Assembly: GCA_949373235.1 (NCBI GenBank)
Contig: CASICQ010000007.1
Location: 1,030-65,029 of the forward strand
DNA length: 64,000 nt
Direction: 5' to 3'
Source: Candidatus Poseidoniaceae archaeon
GTDB lineage: Archaea > Thermoplasmatota > Poseidoniia > Poseidoniales > Poseidoniaceae
In this document: positions 1-8,869 of the stretch, in pieces
Layout of the letters: each line of letters opens with the position of its first letter
How positions within the stretch are numbered: position 1 is the stretch's first letter
Translations under genes and position numbers: made by a program
Notes under the pieces: generated by a model
Told to the model about the DNA's origin: nothing
What the model saw: only the letters and a program-made list of their open reading frames with translations
Database searches by the model: none

Positions 1-133
1 CCGCTTCGTGGGGGTCGAGCCAAAGAAACACGACGGGTGTGATCATCGTCGCTAAACCAAACCCTGCTGGCACGGTAAGGGCGGCAGCGAGGAAGGTTGC
101 CACAAGGCTGAACACCACCAGGGCCAAGTCCAT
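1..133 (-). CDS. 5' end of a membrane protein gene running off the window (N-terminus MDLALVVFSLVATFLAAALTVPAGFGLATMITPVVFLWLDPHEA, TauE/SafE-like motif)
   Basis: Reverse-complement translation from ATG at 131-133 gives a hydrophobic N-terminus with a GFGxAT..TP motif typical of DUF81/TauE permeases. The ORF is open to the window edge. Confidence 0.35.
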   Translation of the reverse strand, partial: MDLALVVFSLVATFLAAALTVPAGFGLATMITPVVFLWLDPHEA

Positions 134-245
134 GGGGTGCGCTTCGTCAAGCAGCCAATAAGAGTGCGGACGATGGGTATTGACAAGGGTGGGGAAATCC
201 TTGCGTTGAGGTAAACCAAAGAAGAACCGGTGGTGTCTCACCCAC

Positions 246-605
246 ATGGCCGCCATCAACCTGGCAGAAAAACTGACCTTGTTCAGTGAGCACTGGAGCC
301 CGCGCGTGGTTGCAGAGATGAACGATTACCAGTTCAAGCTGGCCAAACTCGATGGCGAGTTTGTCTGGCACAACCACGAGGACACCGACGAGGTGTTCAT
401 CGTCGTCAAAGGCTCGATGCACATCGAAATGGAGCATGAAACAGTCCACCTTTCTGAAGGCGAAATGTACGTGGTTCCCAAAGGCGTGATGCACAAACCC
501 TACGCCGAAACCGAATGCCACGTGATGCTTGTTGAACCGCGTGGCGTGGTCAACACCGGTGATGCTGGTGGCGATTTCACCGCTGAGAATGACGTTTGGG
601 TGTGA
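246..605 (+). CDS. cupin domain protein (119 aa)
   Basis: Two-His/Glu cupin motifs ([15 protein letters not shown] ... [12 protein letters not shown]). Compact size. Confidence 0.55.
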   Translation: MAAINLAEKLTLFSEHWSPRVVAEMNDYQFKLAKLDGEFVWHNHEDTDEVFIVVKGSMHIEMEHETVHLSEGEMYVVPKGVMHKPYAETECHVMLVEPRGVVNTGDAGGDFTAENDVWV

Positions 606-609
606 AGCA

Positions 610-1681
610 ATGGGCGAGCCACTGATCGATGAGGACATTCGCAAAGCGCGGACCTTACCCTCAGCATGGTACACTGAAATGGAGCACTTCAAACGCCTCC
701 AACCGGTGTTTTCAGGCTGGCAGTTTGCCGCTCACCAATCTGAATTTGGGGCCAACAACGTGCTGCCAATCGAACATTACGAAGCCATCACTGGCGAATC
801 GGTGGTGCTGATCAAGAACGAAGTTACCGCATGCTACTCCAACGTCTGCACCCACAGAGGCATGCGCGTGGCCTTGGAAGCCTGCGCGGCAAAAACCCTG
901 CAGTGCAGGTACCATGGGCGCACCTTCAACTTGGATGGAACCCTCAGGCACATGCCGGAATTCGCAGAGGCAATCGACTTTCCAACAGCGAGCGATAACC
1001 TGGCTGACGTTTTCACTCAAGCAGTGGATGGGCATGCACTTCACCGCGCTCGATGATTCGGCAGAACTTCCTTGGAAGGAGGTGGAAGATCGGCTGGGCT
1101 TTCTCAACGCTGAGGCGTTCACGCACGATGCTTCTCGCGACCGCGACCACACGATTGAGGCCAACTGGATGCTCTATGTCGACAATTACCTTGAAGGGTT
1201 CCACATTCCCTATGTTCACCCAGAACTGAACCAGGCGCTTGACTACGGAGCCTATGCCACGGAGGCCTTTGACGGTGGCGTGCTGCAAATCGGCAAAGCG
1301 ATGGAAGGCGATGTCAAGTTTGACCTGCCTGAAGACCACCCTGATGCTGGTCAAGACATTGCGGCCTACTACCTGTGGCTGTTTCCCAACATGATGTTCA
1401 ACTTCTATCCGTGGGGGCTTTCGCTCAATGTGGTGGTCCCCGTTTCCCCAACCCAAACGAGGGTGCTCTACCGGGGCTACGTGCGGGATGCTGGGCTGGC
1501 GAGCCAAGGTGCGGGTTCACTGCTCGACACGGTCGAGGATCAGGACCAGTGGGTCATCGAATTGGTGCAGCGTGGGATGGCTTCGTCTGTCTATGATCGT
1601 GGCAGGTATTCCCCAACGAGGGAACAAGGTGTGCATCATTTCCATCGGATGCTGGCGAAGCTGTTTGATGAAAAACAGTGA
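610..1681 (+). pseudogene. Rieske [2Fe-2S] ring-hydroxylating oxygenase alpha subunit (choline/carnitine-monooxygenase-like), split by an apparent -1/+1 frameshift near 1030-1045
   Basis: Frame 1 (610-1056) has the Rieske motif CTHRGMRV...CRYHGRTF. Frame 2 (914-1681) has the catalytic domain with a non-heme Fe motif (ANWMLYVDNYLEGFHIPYVHP). Both halves are colinear with known RHO alpha subunits but sit in different frames. Confidence 0.6.
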
Positions 1682-1713
1682 GCACGGTGTGTCCTAGACC
1701 TATTTCAATCATC

Positions 1714-3592
1714 TCAAGCAGAAATCAACGACCGTAGATGATTTGCAAGTTCTTTGTCCGTACAGTAGACATAGCAACCTTTCATTCCTCTCGTGAGCAG
1801 TGTTCTGTAGGTATTGAGAACAATCTCTCTACCTCGTCTCGTTGCCTCTGCTGGATTTTCTTTCATCATTTTCTTCAAACCTTTGATCGATGCGTCACTT
1901 TTCGCTCTTTCATTGACATCAGTAATGACGTGGCCCCCTGATAATTGCAAGTCAGGTCCAATTATGACTCCGACATAATCTAATTCTAACCCCTGACACG
2001 TGTGAATACAACCTATTTCGCTGATTGACTCATCTTTCTCAATCCATAACATTCCGTGCTGAGTGAGATTCCATTTTGCAGATAATTTACCACCTTCGAG
2101 AATGATATCATTCTCATTCGGGTCTTTCTTGCTAATCCAGTTCCAGCAATATCCTGCGACCAACCTTGATTTGAAATTCTGATTGTTCTTCTCAATTATT
2201 TTCTCATACATTTCTTTTGGATCATCGAATATTTGGAAATCAAATACTGAGGTGTCAAGAGAGGTGTTTGCAGTAGGCCGTAATCCCAATGAGTTGTCTA
2301 TCCAAGCGAGGTAACCATCTGAACCGCCACACCTAAATTGAGAAGTCAAATCTGCATCAAAGACCTCTGCATTCATTTCCTTTGCATATGCTCGGATTAA
2401 TTCTTCAGACCCAACATCTTTCAAGTGAATTCGTTGGTATTCATCGATGAAGAATATAGATGTCCTGCAAGATTGGATAATCTCCTTCACTTGATTCTCA
2501 CCAAGATTACCAAACATTCCAGATTTCGCATTCAATCTATGAGCTTCATCAACAATCAAAGCGTCATACTCGTTATTCAAGCAATCAACAAATGATCCAC
2601 TGCCAGTGAAAAGAGCAGAGATTCGTGACTTTCGAAGATGACCACTGAGTCTAGCCGCATACACTAGACCGAGGAGCGGAATTCTTTGTTATGTATCTCG
2701 AATTTAATCCATTGGAAATAAACTTGGAGAGGAGATTGACTGCCAATACAGACTTACCCGTCCCAGGCCCACCACGTACGATGAAAACCCGCTTTTTCTG
2801 ATCGCCTTTCGTAGCCAAGTTGTACTGCTTTTTCGTAAATCACTTTCTGATCATCTAACAAGGTAAATTCGTCATTTCCGTCCAGCATCCCTTTGACAGC
2901 ATCAGCCAAGGACTTACTCGGTTTGATATCGCTATGTTCTAATTTCTCTAATGCGGAACCAGAATCTCCATTTCTGAATTTTGAGCAAATGTATCCCCTG
3001 AACATCGGACCTTCCGAACCGATGAATGATGGCGAATTGAGAAGATGGTGAGAGGTAAAATGGGTCTTTCAGATCTCCCGCAGTAGTCATATTGTGCAAA
3101 TATGCACACGAGTTCAAAATCATCGATTCATCTTCAACTACCACTGCAAAATCCCGTAACAATTGAGCGTAGGACCATGACTGGTATGACGGGTGTTGGA
3201 CATCTCTATTTCCGCCACCAACGAATGTGTTGACTACACCATCCATGGTGGTTTTATACGCAAATTCCCCATTGTTTTAACTCAACAATGAGGACTGATG
3301 ATTCATCCAAGGCTGATGTACCAGATAGCAAAACGTCGATTCTCTTCGAGGTTTTTGGGATTTGAAATTCAATACCTAATCCTAAATCAGAAGGTACATC
3401 ACCATGGTCGAGGATGTTTGACAAAGCAGCGAGTGAATTCTTCCACGATCTTATTTCGGATTCCGAGGTCGAATGCCCATATGCACGAGTATAGGCTCTT
3501 TCCACAATTGCGGCAATTTGTCCAGTACCAACATCTCGAATGAAATCTTGGCATGTTGATGAGTAAACTCGCACGATACCCCTAAGGGTCAC
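1714..3592 (-). pseudogene. DUF2075-family (Schlafen-like) P-loop ATPase/helicase, decayed into 4 ORF fragments, in a low-GC island
   Basis: Fragments 3254-3592, 2932-3246, 2754-3005 and 1714-2664 are colinear (total about 615 aa). The Walker A motif GGPGTGKSV is readable only in a third frame around 2740-2770. The C-terminal part has DEAHRL (Walker B/DEAH). Local GC is about 43% against about 58% in flanks. Confidence 0.6.
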
Positions 3593-3665
3593 CTGTCTAA
3601 GTTACTTATGCTGTAATTTTCTTACGCCACGGTGTGTCAATGGATTCACCCCGTTGACCGTTTCA

Positions 3666-4175
3666 TCACGACTCGGTGTCCACAGTATCCCACCAATTGG
3701 CTGGTGTTGCACCCATGCGAAGAACGAGGCTGACAATCATTTCCAACGCTGGTACAGCGCCCGTTTTGGACAAATTGAATTCCGAGGTGTTGATGATCCT
3801 CTCACCTTCTTTTTCGGTCAACCGCAAGAAATCACCCTTACCCTCCATGGAAAGGATGTATTCAAGATGAAGCCCTGAATCCCGCTGGGGTCCAAAATAG
3901 AGCTTGCTCACGGTGGTGGATGGAATCAAGAGTTTATTCATTGCGTCTTTTTTGGTCCTGACGCCAACCGTGCGTTCAGACCCGTTGGTGGACACAACGA
4001 AGGTTTTTGTTTCGCCATCAAAGAGGTCATCGTTTACCGATGAGGCGAGTTTAATATGATCGATAAACTTAGTAAATTCTCCGCTCTTATACGATTTCCA
4101 GGCACCAAAAAGAAACAAAACAGCAAAGGCCAGCCCAAATACAACGACATCCCACATAATCGATGCTCCATCCAA
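3666..4175 (-). CDS. hypothetical N-terminally membrane-anchored protein (169 aa)
   Basis: One N-terminal TM helix (VVVFGLAFAVLFLFGAW) followed by a soluble domain. No family recognised. Confidence 0.4.
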   Translation of the reverse strand: MDGASIMWDVVVFGLAFAVLFLFGAWKSYKSGEFTKFIDHIKLASSVNDDLFDGETKTFVVSTNGSERTVGVRTKKDAMNKLLIPSTTVSKLYFGPQRDSGLHLEYILSMEGKGDFLRLTEKEGERIINTSEFNLSKTGAVPALEMIVSLVLRMGATPANWWDTVDTES

Positions 4176-4300
4176 AACGCCATCAATGTATGGCCGGCAG
4201 GTGCCTCGATGTTGTGTTTGATTTCATTCACCCGTCAGCACGGTGCGTCCATCGTTGGAACCAATCAAGAGTCTATAAGAGAGCATGCAAACCTACAGCC

Positions 4301-4945
4301 ATGAGAAGAATCCTGGTGCCCCTTCTTCTCGTGATTTTATTCAGCATGAACGTCCAAGCGGAGACCTACAAGATCTCCGGTCGCGCCACCTATGCTGATG
4401 ACACACCTGTAGCCCTGCAGTACATTTCTGTGGAATGTGAACAGGGTGCCGTCGATTGCTACCACTACCGCGGCACCACAGCAATCACTGACGCCTACGG
4501 CTACTTCACAGTCCTCTTTGAAGCGGAAGATGATGACGATAACGTCGAAATCCTATTGACCTTACGCGGTGAAGCATTCACCCACACAATCGATGTCGAA
4601 AAGTATCAGAATTCGGCCAATGATCGAGTGTATCAAGACCTACAGCTTCAACAAAACCCTCCACCTTCAGGTGTGATGATGGGTCTCAGTTGTGGGGCTT
4701 TAGTGTTCATACTTGTCTTCATCTCAGTCCTGTCCAAAACTCGACGAAGGCTTTCGACCCCACAGGGGCGATTGGAATTCATGGGCCATAAGCAAGCAAA
4801 TCAGCTTCAATGTTCAATATGCAACGAAGTCGTTCTTCAACACCAATTGATCATGCATTTGATTGTTGACCACGACATGGAAGCAACCGATGCTGGACGA
4901 CTGACTGGTAAAATCATGCGGCGCACGTGGTCCGAAGAGGAATGA
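4301..4945 (+). CDS. type I membrane protein: signal peptide, extracellular beta-sandwich-like domain, TM helix, cytoplasmic C2H2-like zinc finger
   Basis: MRRILVPLLLVILFSMNVQA signal peptide; TM GVMMGLSCGALVFILVFISVL; C-terminal CSIC-x11-H-x4-H. Start chosen at the internal ATG 4301 of ORF 4163-4945. Confidence 0.5.
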   Translation: MRRILVPLLLVILFSMNVQAETYKISGRATYADDTPVALQYISVECEQGAVDCYHYRGTTAITDAYGYFTVLFEAEDDDDNVEILLTLRGEAFTHTIDVEKYQNSANDRVYQDLQLQQNPPPSGVMMGLSCGALVFILVFISVLSKTRRRLSTPQGRLEFMGHKQANQLQCSICNEVVLQHQLIMHLIVDHDMEATDAGRLTGKIMRRTWSEEE

Positions 4946-5017
4946 GAAGCACTCGTAACGATACTGATAATTTCGCACATCGGCGAGTTTAAACACCCCT
5001 GCCCAAATGCGCAAGTC

Positions 5018-5368
5018 ATGTCAATCATTGAAGCATACAACGAAGCATGGGACACCGCAAACGCCGAAGCACTCGATGAGATCATTCACGATGATTTCGT
5101 CTTCAACCCTCACGTCGGCGGGCACACCATGAGTAAATCCGATATGATGGGATTCATCAACAGCGGCAGCAGCCCCACCTCTGAACACAACAGAATTCTT
5201 TTCGAAAACGATGAAGTTGGCGTTGCACACTCTATTGTCCACTTTGCAAACGATTCCGACTCTGAAGCCGTGATGGCCTTCATGCGATTCAAAGACGGCA
5301 AGATCATCCTTATGGAAACCGGTGCTACACCACTTTCTGAGGATTACAAACTCGTCGGTAGCGAGTGA
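5018..5368 (+). CDS. SnoaL/NTF2-like small protein
   Basis: About 116 aa with an alpha+beta cone-like pattern (EAYNEAWDT...DDFVF...). Confidence 0.45.
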   Translation: MSIIEAYNEAWDTANAEALDEIIHDDFVFNPHVGGHTMSKSDMMGFINSGSSPTSEHNRILFENDEVGVAHSIVHFANDSDSEAVMAFMRFKDGKIILMETGATPLSEDYKLVGSE

Positions 5369-5407
5369 CCATCAACCAAGGAAGCCTCGTGCTTCCAAGC
5401 GCCCAAA

Positions 5408-6073
5408 TCACCTTTGAGATGAAGGGCTCGAAACCTGATGCGCTACGGCTACGAGTTGCCTCATGACAAAGATTATTTCTTCCGCATTCATGTCTGTACC
5501 ATGGATTTGAGCCTCGACCATTGTGTCTGTGATTTGTAGTGCCGCTGTTTTCATCATTGCCTGTTGAGCGTTGTAGATCGCTACCTTTCGTTGAGGCGTG
5601 AGGAACTGGTAAACGGCATTGGGATCGTTCGCACTTATTTTGAACATTTTATCAAAGACCTCATCGTTGATTTGGATGTCCTTGCCGACAAGGTCAAATA
5701 AAGAGGTTAAATTTGAGAATTCCGGTTCAATTTTGAGTCCGATGTTGAGGGTCATTGGGAGGTGAACTTCCAATCTCGTGTAATTGCTTTTGTTGCTGCC
5801 CACCCTTCTTTTCGATTTCTTCACCCAAATCAGACAGCCAAATGGAGGGATTTGGCCAACCAGAACCGAGGTCCCACGGAGCTTGAAAAGTCGGCGATAA
5901 GGGGCGCTTTGTGAAGAGGGGAGGCACTGAAACTGGAGAGCAGGAGCCAAGTTTACCATCCTGCCGTTTATTATGCTCTTCCCGTACCGTATGATGGCGT
6001 AAACCAGCATAACGGGGAGAAGCGGCGACATGAAAATTCCACACAACAGAAATACATTCGCCAACTGCGCCAC
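5408..6073 (-). CDS. hypothetical membrane-anchored protein (221 aa)
   Basis: N-terminal TM segment (VFLLCGIFMSPLLPVMLVYAII) and a soluble C-terminal domain. No family recognised. Confidence 0.4.
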   Translation of the reverse strand: MAQLANVFLLCGIFMSPLLPVMLVYAIIRYGKSIINGRMVNLAPALQFQCLPSSQSAPYRRLFKLRGTSVLVGQIPPFGCLIWVKKSKRRVGSNKSNYTRLEVHLPMTLNIGLKIEPEFSNLTSLFDLVGKDIQINDEVFDKMFKISANDPNAVYQFLTPQRKVAIYNAQQAMMKTAALQITDTMVEAQIHGTDMNAEEIIFVMRQLVAVAHQVSSPSSQR

Positions 6074-6191
6074 CTCTCAAATGCTATGAGAAGGCTGTGG
6101 GTTTTGGTCTTGACTAACAATCGGCATCAAAGTTCAGTGATGTCCTTGTGCTCAGTGGAGAGAGCCGGAGGGCTCGAAACCTGACCGCTGC

Positions 6192-7976
6192 TCAAGCCTT
6201 GTTGGTAAGGCGCCAGCGGACAGCGAGCATGGCCAACAAGCCAAACCAAAGCCACGTCGTTGAGAAGATCGTCGCTGGTGAAATCATCTGAACGTCTTCA
6301 AGTTGTCCGTTTTGACCACCTTCACAGCCTTCAGGAGGGGGGCCAATGCCAGGACCCCATGTTTCACCAAAGCCAGAGCAGTCGACACCGTTTCCTCCTT
6401 CGTCAAGGAAGGTCTCACCGTGGTAGCACAACAGGAAATACGGGAAGCCAATGTCACCCTCACCGTTCATCATGGTGGAATGGTAGTGGTAGATGCCATC
6501 AGGGAATTCAGGCGTTGGACCGAAGTGACCGTTGCATACATCAAGGTCGCCAAGTCCCTGAACATAGACATAGTCGTCGATGCCGTTGTAGCCCGTCTCA
6601 CCTTCTTTCAGTTTGTATGAGCTTTTCATCTCCACGATGTCCATCTGGTCGTCATAGCCCCAAAGGCCGTAGATGGGGTAGCCGTCCATGGACACACCGA
6701 TGACCGCTGAATGTGACCCATTGGCCGTGTTTTGTGCCACGGCCGCAGGCGTGCTCACGTCGTAATCAAACATGGTTTCGCCTTCTTCAGGGTGCCAGTG
6801 AAGGCAGTTGGCATCGGCGTGGTAGTGGAAGGTCCCGCCCTGTCCGTTGTGAGCGTGGCATACCCCGAGCACAATCGGTTGACGGTCTTCCTCATAGGCT
6901 CCGTGTTGGCTGGCGACTGCGTCGCCACCGGGTCCATCTTCTGGGCCATAGAACGGTACGCCGTTCACGGCGATGGCGACTTCACCGAGGGCTGCAGCGC
7001 ATTCGTAGTCACCGTTCGCCTCAGGGCAGTTGGTGGCGTCATGGCCACCGGTTGTGTCATTGACAGGAGAACGGGGAATGATCCATTCGTAGTTTTGAGC
7101 CCGCGTGCAATCGTTGCCTTGGGAACAGGCCAACGTTGATTCAAAATCATGATCGGGTAAGCCGTTTGTGACGATGGTGATGTGGGTTTCATTCATCGCG
7201 ATGCTGACCGAACATTCGTGCGTTTCCACCGCTGTGGTCGTTAAGTCGTCGACTTGGGTGATGTTCTGTCCGGGTTGACAACGGAACACATCAAGCCAAA
7301 ACTGCCCGAGGTCGGACGCATTGTAAGTCGGGCCCGCAGGAGGTTGTGTCTCGTTGCCCGTCCCGTTGCTTGCCCCATCACCTGTACCATTGTCTGTGCT
7401 GTTGCCCGTCCCGTTGTCTGTGGAATTATCTGTTTGGTTGCCCGTTGAATTGTCGCTTGAGTTTCCAGTGCTGGAGTTGCCTTGGGTGTCATTGGCCTGC
7501 CCTTCACCGGTCGAACCTTGTTCTTCTTCCGTGCGATCAACATCGACAACCATTGGCTCTGAAGTCGTATTTTCGAGGCCGTGGGCTGCAGTGAAATTCA
7601 AACTCACAACACCGCTTGCATCCGTAGTTACCGTGAAATTCCAAAGACCGGAGGCATCAGGTGCAAACTGCGCTATGCTTTCTTCTTCAAACACCACATC
7701 AACAAGGATTTCACTCGGGTGAGAGTGGATCACAAATCCGCTTAATGAAATGACAGCGCCATCATCTTCAGCTGAAATGAGGCTGAGAATTGGCGCAGGG
7801 TGAAGGTGTCCATCGTCATGGATTGGCGGGGTTGGGTTGAGGGTTTGTTCTTCTGATTCTTCTGCGTTGACGGAAGGCTCAGGAGGGACGGTTGTGCCGT
7901 CTCGGTCGATGACTGCCGCAGCAAGGCTTGCCACGAGAATTAGAACCAATACGCCCCAGATTGCATCTTTGTTCAT
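6192..7976 (-). CDS. secreted/cell-surface protein with two YHYH-motif domains and an Asn/Thr/Gly/Asp-rich sequon-rich linker; C-terminal TM anchor
   Basis: N-terminal signal/TM. Linker NSSTGNSSDNSTGNQTDNSTDNGTGNSTDNGTG (NxS/T sequons). HYHADANC and IYHYHSTMMNGEGD motifs. C-terminal hydrophobic helix plus basic tail. Confidence 0.6.
   Translation of the reverse strand: MNKDAIWGVLVLILVASLAAAVIDRDGTTVPPEPSVNAEESEEQTLNPTPPIHDDGHLHPAPILSLISAEDDGAVISLSGFVIHSHPSEILVDVVFEEESIAQFAPDASGLWNFTVTTDASGVVSLNFTAAHGLENTTSEPMVVDVDRTEEEQGSTGEGQANDTQGNSSTGNSSDNSTGNQTDNSTDNGTGNSTDNGTGDGASNGTGNETQPPAGPTYNASDLGQFWLDVFRCQPGQNITQVDDLTTTAVETHECSVSIAMNETHITIVTNGLPDHDFESTLACSQGNDCTRAQNYEWIIPRSPVNDTTGGHDATNCPEANGDYECAAALGEVAIAVNGVPFYGPEDGPGGDAVASQHGAYEEDRQPIVLGVCHAHNGQGGTFHYHADANCLHWHPEEGETMFDYDVSTPAAVAQNTANGSHSAVIGVSMDGYPIYGLWGYDDQMDIVEMKSSYKLKEGETGYNGIDDYVYVQGLGDLDVCNGHFGPTPEFPDGIYHYHSTMMNGEGDIGFPYFLLCYHGETFLDEGGNGVDCSGFGETWGPGIGPPPEGCEGGQNGQLEDVQMISPATIFSTTWLWFGLLAMLAVRWRLTNKA
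7340..7520. repeat. imperfect short tandem coding repeats (GTNGTTNCC-like) encoding the Asn/Thr/Gly-rich linker
   Basis: Visible periodicity in the DNA (cccgtcccgttg / ctgtgctgttgcccgtcccgttg ...) inside CDS 6192-7976. Confidence 0.5.
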
Positions 7977-8125
7977 ACGCTTAAGGTGCTAAGAAGAGGA
8001 TATATGGTTATGGGGTCATTGGTTTATCAATTTGAAAAATTAGACAAATGGTTTCTTACGAAGGCTCGGCAGTGAACTGGGGTATGAGCAGTCATGCGCG
8101 AAGATGAGTGGGGGATTTATCTCAA

Positions 8126-8731
8126 TCATTCCATGCCATCCATGCCATCCATGCCCATGGACTGCGTATATCCTGACTGAGGAGAAGTGGCGTTGAACCA
8201 CATACTCATTTCATGAGCGCTGTCCCACAAACCGATACGGGCGGAAAGTACGGTGTTATTCTCGATGAGCAATACATGTGGGATTGAAGTCACTGACAAA
8301 TTGGCTGCCAAAGATGGGGCGTGTAAAAACGGACGCTGAATCGAGCGATTCAATTCCTCTTCCATCGTGAGATGCCATTTCGTCATATTCGAGCTCTCAT
8401 TGCTTTCATGTTTGTTGAAAACGAGTAAATGGTCGGGCATAATCGATTCGTCAAGCGCCTCGATTGTTGGCTTGCAGTGGGTGCACCAAGATGCTGAAAA
8501 GTAGGCAACCCAGCGCCCACTTTCATTGGCAGAGGACCCATTCCAATGTGTTCCGTTTTGATCCACTAAATCAAAACCTGGGAATGTGCAACCAACATAC
8601 CATTCGGGGATATTACCTTCAGTGCAAATTGCAATTTCATCATCCACCGCTTCCGCCTCTGGCCCGATGCAACCTGCAAGGGTGCTCACAGAAAATAAAA
8701 GGCCGAGAAAAATTGAGATTTTTTTATTCAT
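8126..8731 (-). CDS. thioredoxin-like (TlpA/redoxin-type) lipoprotein
   Basis: Lipobox LAGC after a signal peptide; CTHC (CxxC) active-site motif; thioredoxin-fold length. Confidence 0.55.
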   Translation of the reverse strand: MNKKISIFLGLLFSVSTLAGCIGPEAEAVDDEIAICTEGNIPEWYVGCTFPGFDLVDQNGTHWNGSSANESGRWVAYFSASWCTHCKPTIEALDESIMPDHLLVFNKHESNESSNMTKWHLTMEEELNRSIQRPFLHAPSLAANLSVTSIPHVLLIENNTVLSARIGLWDSAHEMSMWFNATSPQSGYTQSMGMDGMDGME

Positions 8732-8869
8732 TTAAACTCACTCCGGAGTGAAGATGCCGTGCTTGGCAAGTCCCGGCTCCTATCACAAAGACTGAGATTT
8801 TTTGTATATAGTCTTTTGATTTTAATTGACCCAGGTGGACAACCGTCAACCGAGAGGCTAGCGATAGCC

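Noticed and set aside
147-692. 181-aa minus-strand ORF overlapping the cupin gene and the Rieske gene start
   Set aside because: Antisense to two plus-strand ORFs with recognisable domains. The product is low-complexity and Val/His-rich, typical of GC-rich antisense frames.
7340-7520. Short DNA repeats that could be mistaken for a CRISPR-like or VNTR array
   Set aside because: Repeats are imperfect, 9-12 nt, lack spacers, and are fully in-frame within a CDS encoding an N/T/G-rich linker.
6260-7722. Several 100-150-aa plus-strand ORFs (6260-6703, 6732-7139, 7354-7722 and others) inside the YHYH protein gene
   Set aside because: Arg/Ser/Cys-rich antisense translations of a minus-strand gene with clear domain structure. 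High GC produces long spurious ORFs.
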